DNA of 11,889 nucleotides. It comes from Candidatus Ratteibacteria bacterium (GTDB lineage Bacteria; Ratteibacteria; UBA8468; B48-G9; DTJG01). Every line of letters begins with the position of its first letter. Positions within the stretch are counted from its first letter, which is position 1. Under the pieces are notes generated by a model. It did no database searches. It saw only the letters and a list, made by a program, of their open reading frames with translations, and had not been told where the DNA came from. Shown here piece by piece: positions 1 through 7,560 of the stretch. Position numbers and translations under genes: made by a program. The stretch covers positions 1-11,889 of the forward strand of contig JBMFLH010000059.1 in the NCBI GenBank assembly GCA_049971295.1, given 5' to 3'.

Positions 1-93
1 CAACCCCTGATCCTTCTCACTCAATGGCACACTCACTACACATATCTTTGCACCCGCTCCTGCCCGTTTGAATATCAGTGGAAACTCATTCAT
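1..93 (-). CDS. 5' part of a hypothetical protein running off the window edge (MNEFPLIFKRAGAGAKICVVSVPLSEKDQGL...)
   Basis: ATG at 93-91 overlaps the end of the beta-helix gene; GGAG lies 7 nt upstream; the frame is open for 31 codons to the edge. Not in the ORF track and too short to assign a function. Confidence 0.6.
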   Translation of the reverse strand, partial: MNEFPLIFKRAGAGAKICVVSVPLSEKDQGL

Positions 94-2155
94 CGAGTAT
101 CTCCAGTTTTTTTGTGAAAAATGGTCTAAATCCAATTGACTTTATCACCTCGTCAGATTTCAAAGTGAAATCAAATTGTTGAGGGTTTACAAAGCCAGGG
201 TCAGCAACAATGGAGTGAACATCTTGTCCAAACTTTTGTGCCTGTTGCAGAGAAATGTTTCTTCCTGCAATTCCCCAGCAAAGTTCTTTACCTGAAACAT
301 CATACAGAATATTTAGGTCACTTAAAAATCCATCGAGTTTTTCATTGGCATAACAGATGAAAAAGGCTCTTTCTTTTGATATCAGAATATTTCTCTCAAT
401 GGTAAACGAACGATGATTTTCTTTTTTTGAAAAACAAACAATGCCCTCTTCTCCAAACGCAAAAATGTTGTTTCTTATAGTGTTTTCCCTGCCATAATGA
501 ACATGAAAAATAAGGCTATTTGTAAAAGCGCAGAGATTGTTTTCAACGATGATGTGGGAACTGCCTTCATCAAGATATATACACCAGCCACCATATGAGT
601 ATTTTTCAACTCTGTAAATGATATTACCTCTGATGACTGTACCTGGTTGAACGCCGAGAGTGTATATTCCACCCATGTCACTGAGAAGTCCCTTGCCTAT
701 GTCATGGATAATATTGTTTTCAATAATGTTGTTTTTTGAAACATTTTCGCCATAGCCCCAAACCCATCCACACGAAATACCTGAATAATAAAGGTCATGA
801 ATATGGTTGTTTGAAATGATGTTGTCTGATGCATGCATCGAAAGAATACCAACAGCACTGTAAAAAACATTACCACAATTGTGAATGTGATTATCAGTAA
901 TCCTGATGTTTTTTGTTCTGGTACAATCTGGTTGATTGGCATCTCCACCATTGATTTTAATTCCCCCTGCTCCAAGGTCTTCAAGATTGTTTTTATGAAT
1001 TTTTATTCCAGTACAGCCTCTTGATATTTCAATGCCATACATTCCACAATGTTTTATTTCACATTCCTCAATCGTGCAGAATCTTGCTCCTGTTAAATAA
1101 AAAACTCCAGGAATCTGACGTGCAGCCTGTTCAGAGGAAGCATATCTGTCGTCAGGTTGTTGCCACTCAGCGTGTTCAATCGTTAAACCCTTAAATGTCA
1201 GATATTCCACATACTGGTTGTTTTCACTGTTTCCTTCAATTTTTATTGCCTGCGTGATCAAAGGAGCGTACACTTCTGATGTTTCCATCTCTTGGTCTTT
1301 TTCAGGCATGTAATACAACAATCCCTGTTGTCTGTCAAGATACCATTGGGATGGCTTTTTTAACTGTTCAAAAACATTTTCAACCCAGTATCTCGCAGGC
1401 TTTTTGTCTTTCTCGTCTTTCAAAACCATTCTGGTTTTTCTTGATGATTTCACAAGACCTGTTTTTTCATCAAACCATTCCAGAGGCATCCTTTCTTCAA
1501 TCCACCAGTGAAAAACTACGATATCAATATCTGTCATATTTTTCCAGTTTTTAATGTCTCCAGAGAAACAGTAAAAACAATCGCTTCCATCAAATAGAGA
1601 TATCTTTTTATCTGAGTCAGGAAGGTCCCTCATCCTGAAAAATCCTGTTTCTGGCAATCTTGTTCTTTGTTTCCTTTTTCCATTAACAAACAATTGTCTG
1701 AAATACCATTTTCCCTGTTTGACTTCTGGTATTTCAGCAATCCATGCATCAAAGCCATTTACCTGCGTCTTTTTCCATCCTGAAATTTTCACTCCACAGT
1801 CGAGAACGACTGTTTCTCCAGGGAAGTTTCTGTAAGTGACTGGACCTGAGTCCTGATAGGTAAAAATAATAGGGCTGGACAGATGATATCGTCCACCACG
1901 AATCCAGACAGTAATTGAAGACAAAAATTTACCGCTTGACTTTAACTTTCTGATTTTGTCCCTTGCTGCTTCAATTGTTGCAAGAGGTCCATCGCTTTTA
2001 TCAGAAAGTGGCTCTGGATACAGTCCCGACCATGTATCACTTCCATTCGTTGCCACATAGATACTTTTGATATTTTCTTTATCCATCGTATAAGCAGACA
2101 TCTGTGCGATTGCCGCCAGTACAATAGTTGTAATCAATGCCTTTCTCAATTGCAT
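86..2155 (-). CDS. Secreted right-handed parallel beta-helix repeat protein, GH141-like (pectin-lyase fold, putative carbohydrate-active enzyme)
   Basis: 689 aa ORF. N-terminal signal-peptide-like segment (MQLRKALITTIVLAAIAQMSA); IYVATNGSDTWSG...DGPLATIEAARD..R start typical of the family; Asn/Ile-rich repeats (ISNNHIHD, IENNIIHD, IRGNIIY, VENNL, IRNNIF); SDMGGIYTLG and IYLDEGSS motifs. Confidence 0.8.
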   Translation of the reverse strand: MQLRKALITTIVLAAIAQMSAYTMDKENIKSIYVATNGSDTWSGLYPEPLSDKSDGPLATIEAARDKIRKLKSSGKFLSSITVWIRGGRYHLSSPIIFTYQDSGPVTYRNFPGETVVLDCGVKISGWKKTQVNGFDAWIAEIPEVKQGKWYFRQLFVNGKRKQRTRLPETGFFRMRDLPDSDKKISLFDGSDCFYCFSGDIKNWKNMTDIDIVVFHWWIEERMPLEWFDEKTGLVKSSRKTRMVLKDEKDKKPARYWVENVFEQLKKPSQWYLDRQQGLLYYMPEKDQEMETSEVYAPLITQAIKIEGNSENNQYVEYLTFKGLTIEHAEWQQPDDRYASSEQAARQIPGVFYLTGARFCTIEECEIKHCGMYGIEISRGCTGIKIHKNNLEDLGAGGIKINGGDANQPDCTRTKNIRITDNHIHNCGNVFYSAVGILSMHASDNIISNNHIHDLYYSGISCGWVWGYGENVSKNNIIENNIIHDIGKGLLSDMGGIYTLGVQPGTVIRGNIIYRVEKYSYGGWCIYLDEGSSHIIVENNLCAFTNSLIFHVHYGRENTIRNNIFAFGEEGIVCFSKKENHRSFTIERNILISKERAFFICYANEKLDGFLSDLNILYDVSGKELCWGIAGRNISLQQAQKFGQDVHSIVADPGFVNPQQFDFTLKSDEVIKSIGFRPFFTKKLEILDE

Positions 2156-2171
2156 GATATTTTAAAATTGC

Positions 2172-2199
2172 ATTTTATCACAGAAGAATTAAAAAGCAA
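2172..2199 (-). promoter_or_regulatory. Putative sigma70 promoter of the beta-helix gene
   Basis: Minus strand: TTGCTT (2199-2194), 16 nt spacer, extended -10 TGTG-A-TAAAAT (2182-2172); 16 nt remain before the ATG at 2155. Confidence 0.55.
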
Positions 2200-2214
2200 G
2201 CAACACGGGGATAT

Positions 2215-2244
2215 TTCCAAATAATTCCAGAATTGTGTTATAAT
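2215..2244 (+). promoter_or_regulatory. Extended -10 sigma70 promoter of glyQ
   Basis: TGTG-T-TATAAT at 2234-2244 is a perfect TRTGnTATAAT; weak -35 TTCCAA at 2215-2220 (18 nt spacer). Confidence 0.7.
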
Positions 2245-2251
2245 GATTTTC

Positions 2252-3094
2252 ATGGAATTCCAAAAAATCATTCTCGCGCTTGAGTACTACTGGATAAAAA
2301 AGGGTTGTTTCCTGTGGCATCCTTATGCAACTGAACTTGGCGCAGGAACAATGAACCCAGCAACGTTTTTCGGGATTCTTGGAAAAAAGCAGTGGAATGT
2401 CGTTTATCTGGAACCATCTCAAAGACCTGCCGATGCAAGATACGGCGAAAATCCAGTTCGTCTTTACCAGCACCATCAGATGCAGGTGATTCTCAAGCCA
2501 CCACCTTCAAACATTCAAAATATTTATATCCACAGTTTGAAAAAACTTGGGATAGACGTTTCAAAACACGACCTTCGCTTTATTGAGGACAACTGGGAAG
2601 CGCCGACTCTTGGAGCATGGGGTGTGGGCTGGGAAGTGTGGCTGGACGGACTTGAAGTTACACAATTTACCTATATGCAGCAGGCAGGCGGAATTGACCT
2701 TAACCCTGTTAGCGTGGAAATTACATATGGCCTTGATAGAATTGCATGCTTTCTTCAAAAGAAACAATCTGTCTTTGATATTGACTGGGGCTCGAGCGTC
2801 AACTATGGATTTTTGCATCAGGAAAGGGAAAGACAATACTCTATTTACGGCTTCAAGGAGGCAAACACAGATCTTTTATGGACGTGTTTTGATGGATTTG
2901 AAAAAGAGGCAAAATCCCTGCTTGAGAAAAAACTTTTCTACCCTGCTTACGATTACATATTGAAACTTTCTCATATCTTTAATCTTCTTGAAGCGCGCGG
3001 TTCAATCAGCGTGGCTGAAAGAACAAGAATGATTGGAAGAATCAGAACACTTGCAAACATCTGTGCCAGCCAATACATTGAAAGGGGAAATTGA
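2252..3094 (+). CDS. glyQ: Glycine--tRNA ligase alpha subunit
   Basis: Hallmark motifs GAGTMNPATF, PSQRPADARYGENP.RLYQHHQMQV, DLRFIEDNWEAPTLGAWGVGWEVWLDGLEVTQFTYMQQAGG, EITYGLDR, SHIFNLLEARG. Start moved from 2243 to 2252: MEFQKIILAL...W matches the family N-terminus, and the 2243 ATG overlaps the -10 box. Confidence 0.97.
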   Translation: MEFQKIILALEYYWIKKGCFLWHPYATELGAGTMNPATFFGILGKKQWNVVYLEPSQRPADARYGENPVRLYQHHQMQVILKPPPSNIQNIYIHSLKKLGIDVSKHDLRFIEDNWEAPTLGAWGVGWEVWLDGLEVTQFTYMQQAGGIDLNPVSVEITYGLDRIACFLQKKQSVFDIDWGSSVNYGFLHQERERQYSIYGFKEANTDLLWTCFDGFEKEAKSLLEKKLFYPAYDYILKLSHIFNLLEARGSISVAERTRMIGRIRTLANICASQYIERGN

Positions 3095-4095
3095 TGAGTG
3101 GAAGAGAACTTGTAATCAAGGCAGTGCTTTTTCAGGGACCAGAAAGAGTTCCTTATACGCTTCCAGAAGAATATGGAAGCGATATGACAGGTGCTGGAAT
3201 TCTTCCTGACCCATCATGTAAACCATCCTTTCCACCGAGTGAGACAAAATGGGAAGATGAATGGCACTGTGTGTGGGAACGACTTTCAGGAGATATTACA
3301 AAAGGTCAGGTCACAGGGCATCCCTTAAAATCATACCAGGTGTTTGATTCCTTTCAGTGGCCTGATTTCAGGATACCCGATAGATATAAAGCAATAAAGG
3401 AATGCGTCGCAAATAATAAGGAAGACAAATTTGTTCTTGCAGGTATTGATTTTTCCCTCATGCATCGTCTTGAGTATCTCAGAGGGCATGAGAATGCCTG
3501 GACAGACCCATACCTTGAACCTGACAATTTACACAAACTCCTTGAGAAACTTGCAGAACTTGCTATTGACCAGATTGATATGGTTGCTGACGCAGGTGCT
3601 CATGGCATTGTTTCAGCAGATGACCTCGGATTTCAGAATAGATCAATGGTATCACCAGAAATTTTTCACAGATTTTTTGCGCCGTATTATAAAAAAGTAT
3701 ATCAACATGCAAGAAAAAAAGGCCTGGTTTGTTTTCTTCATTCCTGCGGTTACATTATTGACCTTCTTGATGATTTGATTGACGCTGGGCTTCAGGTCAT
3801 TCAAATGGACCAGCAGGAAAATATGGGACTGGAAAATCTTGACAGAAGGTTTGGCGGAAGAATTTGTTTCTGGTGCCCTGTTGATATTCAAAAGACCATG
3901 AATTCTGGCACAGTTGAAGATGTGAAAAATTATGCAAAAAAACTTATAGACACATTTGGAAAATATAATGGTGGCTTTATTGCCAAGTGGTATGGTTCGC
4001 CTGATGCTGTGGGACATACAAAAGAAAAAATCAAAGCGATGTGTGAGACATTTGTTTCTTACGGTTCACAATTTTACAAGAATAAGAAAAATTAA
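3094..4095 (+). CDS. Uroporphyrinogen decarboxylase (URO-D)/MtaA-CmuA methyltransferase superfamily protein
   Basis: MSGRELVIKAV.FQGPERVP start, DEWHCVW, LRGHEN, ADDLGFQNRSMVSPEIF, LHSCG, FGGRICFWCPVDIQK, GGFI. ATG overlaps the glyQ stop (TGATG), with AAGGGG at 3082-3087. Lacks the HemE signature WxMRQAGR, so not called hemE. Confidence 0.85.
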   Translation: MSGRELVIKAVLFQGPERVPYTLPEEYGSDMTGAGILPDPSCKPSFPPSETKWEDEWHCVWERLSGDITKGQVTGHPLKSYQVFDSFQWPDFRIPDRYKAIKECVANNKEDKFVLAGIDFSLMHRLEYLRGHENAWTDPYLEPDNLHKLLEKLAELAIDQIDMVADAGAHGIVSADDLGFQNRSMVSPEIFHRFFAPYYKKVYQHARKKGLVCFLHSCGYIIDLLDDLIDAGLQVIQMDQQENMGLENLDRRFGGRICFWCPVDIQKTMNSGTVEDVKNYAKKLIDTFGKYNGGFIAKWYGSPDAVGHTKEKIKAMCETFVSYGSQFYKNKKN

Positions 4096-5372
4096 CCGGT
4101 ACCGAGCTTTTCTATATCAAGGGAATCAATATTCTCAAGAACTTTCTTGATTGCCTTGCCAACCATTTTTGCGACTTCCACATTATTCGGTGCACGCAGT
4201 GGTTCTGTCATCCCGAAGTGAGTATCAGTGTGTCTCTGTGCAGCAGGATATGCGTCAGGATTGTATTCAACAGGACTACTGTATTGACATGACCAGGGAC
4301 ATCCTTTGCCATACGCATTTTTTGCCTGAAACACTGTCATTCTGGGAAGAATGAAGCTCTGCCAGACAGAAACTTTTACCCCTTCTGCCTGTATGGCTTT
4401 CATAACAGCGTTTCTGAATATTTGCGGTTGTTTCTTCCATCCAAATTCTTCAGGAATAAGCCGTATTGTATAATTGTACCAGTTATGTTTGTGGTTAGGT
4501 GGTTCATAAGGAAGAATAATACCTTTTGTACCTTTCAATTCTCCAGTTAATGTAGATGCATTTTCTTTTTGAATCTCAAGGTATCTATCCAGTCTTGTCA
4601 ATTGAGCCCTGCCAAAGGCAGCAGTCAGGTCATTATTTCTGTACATCCATCCAAGCGCATATGCGTGATAGTCCCTTTTTTCAGAAGGAGTTCTTGTTTC
4701 TCCAAAAGACCATAATGTCAATGCCTTTTTGTAAATTTCTTCATTGTCAGTAACAAACATTCCACCTTCCCCTGAACAAAGGCATTTGTTCTGGTTGAAA
4801 CTGAACGCAGCGCAATCTCCCCACAATCCAACCTTTTTTCCTTTAAATTCTGCTCCATGTGCCTGGCAACAGTCCTCGATGACTTTCAGATTGTATTTTC
4901 TTGCTATTGAAAGAACCTCGTCCATATTCACAGCCAGTCCATGCAGATGAACCACAATAATCGCCTTTGTTTTTTCTGTAATGGCAGATTCAATCTTTTT
5001 TGTGTCTATGTTCATTGTGTCAAAGTCAATGTCAACAAAAACGGGCACGCAATTGTGATGAAGGATACATGTCGCGCTCGAAGACCATGAATATGCTGGC
5101 ACAATCACCTGATCGCCTGCACCGCAGTCACACGCAGCCACAGCCATGTGTAAAGCGGCAGTGCCACTGTTTGTTGTGATTGCAAATCTGTTACCATTCC
5201 AGGCAGCAAACTCTTTTTCAAATGCCACGCAATTTGGACCAAAAGCATGATTGGTTTGTTTAAGAGAATCAACAACATACTGGATATCAACATCGTCAAT
5301 TGGCGGCCAGGGTTTTATAAAACCTTCAGGAATCAGTCGCATACCGCCATTGATTGCAAGCTTTTCTGCCAT
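4092..5372 (-). CDS. DegT/DnrJ/EryC1/StrS-family PLP-dependent aminotransferase
   Basis: TNSGTAALH, GDQVIVP, PVFVDID, AIIVVHLHG, IEDCCQAHGA, FSFNQNKCLCSGEGG (Schiff-base Lys), GWMYR. SD AAGGAG 5 nt upstream of the ATG. Confidence 0.93.
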   Translation of the reverse strand: MAEKLAINGGMRLIPEGFIKPWPPIDDVDIQYVVDSLKQTNHAFGPNCVAFEKEFAAWNGNRFAITTNSGTAALHMAVAACDCGAGDQVIVPAYSWSSSATCILHHNCVPVFVDIDFDTMNIDTKKIESAITEKTKAIIVVHLHGLAVNMDEVLSIARKYNLKVIEDCCQAHGAEFKGKKVGLWGDCAAFSFNQNKCLCSGEGGMFVTDNEEIYKKALTLWSFGETRTPSEKRDYHAYALGWMYRNNDLTAAFGRAQLTRLDRYLEIQKENASTLTGELKGTKGIILPYEPPNHKHNWYNYTIRLIPEEFGWKKQPQIFRNAVMKAIQAEGVKVSVWQSFILPRMTVFQAKNAYGKGCPWSCQYSSPVEYNPDAYPAAQRHTDTHFGMTEPLRAPNNVEVAKMVGKAIKKVLENIDSLDIEKLGTG

Positions 5373-5540
5373 ATTTTCTCCTTGTTATTTCCACAGTTGA
5401 TAAAGTAATCTGCAACAGGAATCAGCCACAATGTAACCTGTTTCTGGTTGATGCCTTATCCAGGAAATTGTCATTCCAGAATAACCGCCGATTTTACAGT
5501 TAATCTTTTTGTTTCAGATCCTGCAACAAGTATCCTTTTC

Positions 5541-6302
5541 CTAAATTTCAACTGTCATACCATCAGATGCAGTAAATATATCAATGGAAAGTTTTTCTGT
5601 CAAATACTGAGTTTTTTCCCATATTCTTTCCTTCAACATTGTCAACCCAAAATGCGTCAGGATTGCCTTTTTTGGTTTGATGCCTGAAATGATGTCAAGT
5701 GCTTCAGGAAGGCTTAAGTGCATAATCTTTGGCCTCGGCTGGGCAAACACAACATTGATAATGATAATCTCAGTATTTGCATAGGCAGAAATAATTTCAG
5801 GGAAAAATTCAGTGTCTGGGATATATCCAATAGAAGGAACATGGTCTGATTGAAGAATAAATCCATAGGTTTCTGTTTGATGGTGAAGTCGAACAGGAAT
5901 TTTTAATTTCAAGTTTTTAATCTGATATTGGGACCCAGCACTGAGAGTGATAACCCGATCAACAAGTGCCGCTGCATATGGAAAAATCACTGGTGGATTT
6001 TCAATGGCTTCTGAAGGGCATAGTACAATTCCTTTTTTATTGAAACCACCATCAGTCATTGCTTCAATCATAACATTTACATCATTGGTGTGGTCTATGT
6101 GCTTGTGGGAAATAAAAATCGCGTCAAGCTGGGAAACTTTTAAGGATGGACGGGATTTGTTCACCCTGACAAGAGCGCCTGGTCCAGGGTCAACAATCAT
6201 TCTTGTATCATTGATTTCAAACCATATACCACCTGATGCACGCAACTGTTTTATCATCACAAAACGGGCACCAGCTGTTCCCAGGAATTTTATGAAGTTC
6301 AA
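5541..6302 (-). CDS. MBL-fold metallo-hydrolase (PhnP/RNase Z-like superfamily)
   Basis: FLGTAG start, VDPGPG, SHKHIDH (HxHxDH), LHH..TYG, IPDT, MHL, LTHFG. TTG start 13 nt after the rpoD stop. Confidence 0.88.
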   Translation of the reverse strand: MNFIKFLGTAGARFVMIKQLRASGGIWFEINDTRMIVDPGPGALVRVNKSRPSLKVSQLDAIFISHKHIDHTNDVNVMIEAMTDGGFNKKGIVLCPSEAIENPPVIFPYAAALVDRVITLSAGSQYQIKNLKLKIPVRLHHQTETYGFILQSDHVPSIGYIPDTEFFPEIISAYANTEIIIINVVFAQPRPKIMHLSLPEALDIISGIKPKKAILTHFGLTMLKERIWEKTQYLTEKLSIDIFTASDGMTVEI

Positions 6303-6315
6303 ACGATGGTCCAGG

Positions 6316-7560
6316 TTATGTGAAATTTATCTGATCAAGAAATGGCTTGAGTTTTGACGCACGTGGCGCATTTTTTAATTTCTGGATGGCTTTTCCCTCA
6401 ATCTGTCTTATTCTTTCCCTTGTTAGATTGAAATACTTACCGACCTCTTCAAGTGTTCTTGCGTAACCATCCCTGTCAAGACCAAACCTGAGCCTGAGGA
6501 TTTTTTCCTCTCTTTCATCAAGAATCTCAAAAGCTTTTTCAAGTTCTTCCCTTAACAATGTTCTTCTTGTGTGGGTGAGCGGACTTGATTCTTCAGTATC
6601 TTCAATAAAATCTCCCACAGTTGCCCTTTCTTCGTCTCCCACAGGCATATCCAGTGAAATAGGTTCAGGCCTCATTGACTTTTTGATTTTCTTAATCTTT
6701 TCAGAGTCAGTGTTCATAACCTTTGCGAGTTCTTCGTCTGTTGGTTCTCTATCCAAGCTCTGTGAAAGCCATCTGTATGCCTTGCTGAGTTTGTTGATCT
6801 TCTCTATCATGTGAACAGGTATTCTTATTGTTGCAGAGTGGTCTGCAATAGCCCTTGTAATCGCCTGTCGTATCCACCATGTGGCATACGTGCTGAATTT
6901 AAATCCCTCTTTGTATCTGAATTTTTCCACTGCCTTCATCAGTCCGATATTACCCTCCTGAATTAAATCCCTCAAAGATAGTTTCGGGTTTGAATATTTT
7001 TTTGCGATGCTGATGACAAGCCTGAGGTTTGCCTGAATCAATCGGTCCCTTGCTTTAATATATTCCTGCTGATATTTGTAAATTTTTTCAAGGTTCTTAC
7101 CATTTCTCCTCTTCTTGCACATCTGTTGAAGCGCTTTTTTATATTTCTCCATTGTTTTTGCTATTTCAACCTCTTCTTCTGATGTAAGAAGATTGAAGGA
7201 ACCAGCATCCTTTAGATACGCCCTCAAAGGATTTCTGAGGTCTTCAAGAACCATTCTTGTGTCTTCTTCTCCCCCTGTGTCTGCAAGAAGGTCATCTCCA
7301 ATTTCAATGTTCATTTCCTCAAGTTCATCAAAAAGTTCATCAATTTTATCTCCAGGAGTGTCTATCGGAAGAAATTTATTAATATCTTCAATGAACACTG
7401 TTTTATTTTCTTTTCCAAGGGCAAGAATCTGGTCTTTTGCCCTTTTGAATCGTTCTTCAGAAAAAGAAACTTCCACAGGTTTATCATTCCTGCCTGTTAT
7501 AGTTTTTTTCTTTTTCTCTGCTTCTGTTTTTTGATTATTCTTTCTCGCCATTTTTGACAT
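6316..7560 (-). CDS. rpoD: Primary RNA polymerase sigma factor (sigma70/SigA)
   Basis: Region 1.2 (NPLRAYLKDAG..NLLTSEEEVEIAK), region 2 (LIQANLRLVISIAKKY, DLIQEGNIGLMKAVEKF, KFSTYATWWIRQAITRAIAD), region 3 (ISLDMPVG), region 4 (TLEEVG..FNLTRERIRQIEGKA); downstream of dnaG. Start moved from 7716 to ATG 7560, which has AAAGGAG 5 nt upstream; ATG 7551 is an alternative. Confidence 0.96.
   Translation of the reverse strand: MSKMARKNNQKTEAEKKKKTITGRNDKPVEVSFSEERFKRAKDQILALGKENKTVFIEDINKFLPIDTPGDKIDELFDELEEMNIEIGDDLLADTGGEEDTRMVLEDLRNPLRAYLKDAGSFNLLTSEEEVEIAKTMEKYKKALQQMCKKRRNGKNLEKIYKYQQEYIKARDRLIQANLRLVISIAKKYSNPKLSLRDLIQEGNIGLMKAVEKFRYKEGFKFSTYATWWIRQAITRAIADHSATIRIPVHMIEKINKLSKAYRWLSQSLDREPTDEELAKVMNTDSEKIKKIKKSMRPEPISLDMPVGDEERATVGDFIEDTEESSPLTHTRRTLLREELEKAFEILDEREEKILRLRFGLDRDGYARTLEEVGKYFNLTRERIRQIEGKAIQKLKNAPRASKLKPFLDQINFT

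Noticed and set aside
475..3778. Short alternative-frame and antisense ORFs inside the beta-helix, glyQ and URO-D genes (e.g. 697-984, 1279-1554, 2189-2476, 2583-2963, 3431-3778)
   Set aside because: They largely or wholly overlap motif-supported genes and show no recognisable motifs; shadow ORFs.
3094..4095. Calling the URO-D-family gene hemE
   Set aside because: HemE signature absent and no tetrapyrrole genes nearby.
5386..5403. DnaA-box-like sequences (ATTTCCACA, TTATCAACT)
   Set aside because: Two mismatches each to TTATCCACA and no cluster; expected by chance in AT-rich DNA.
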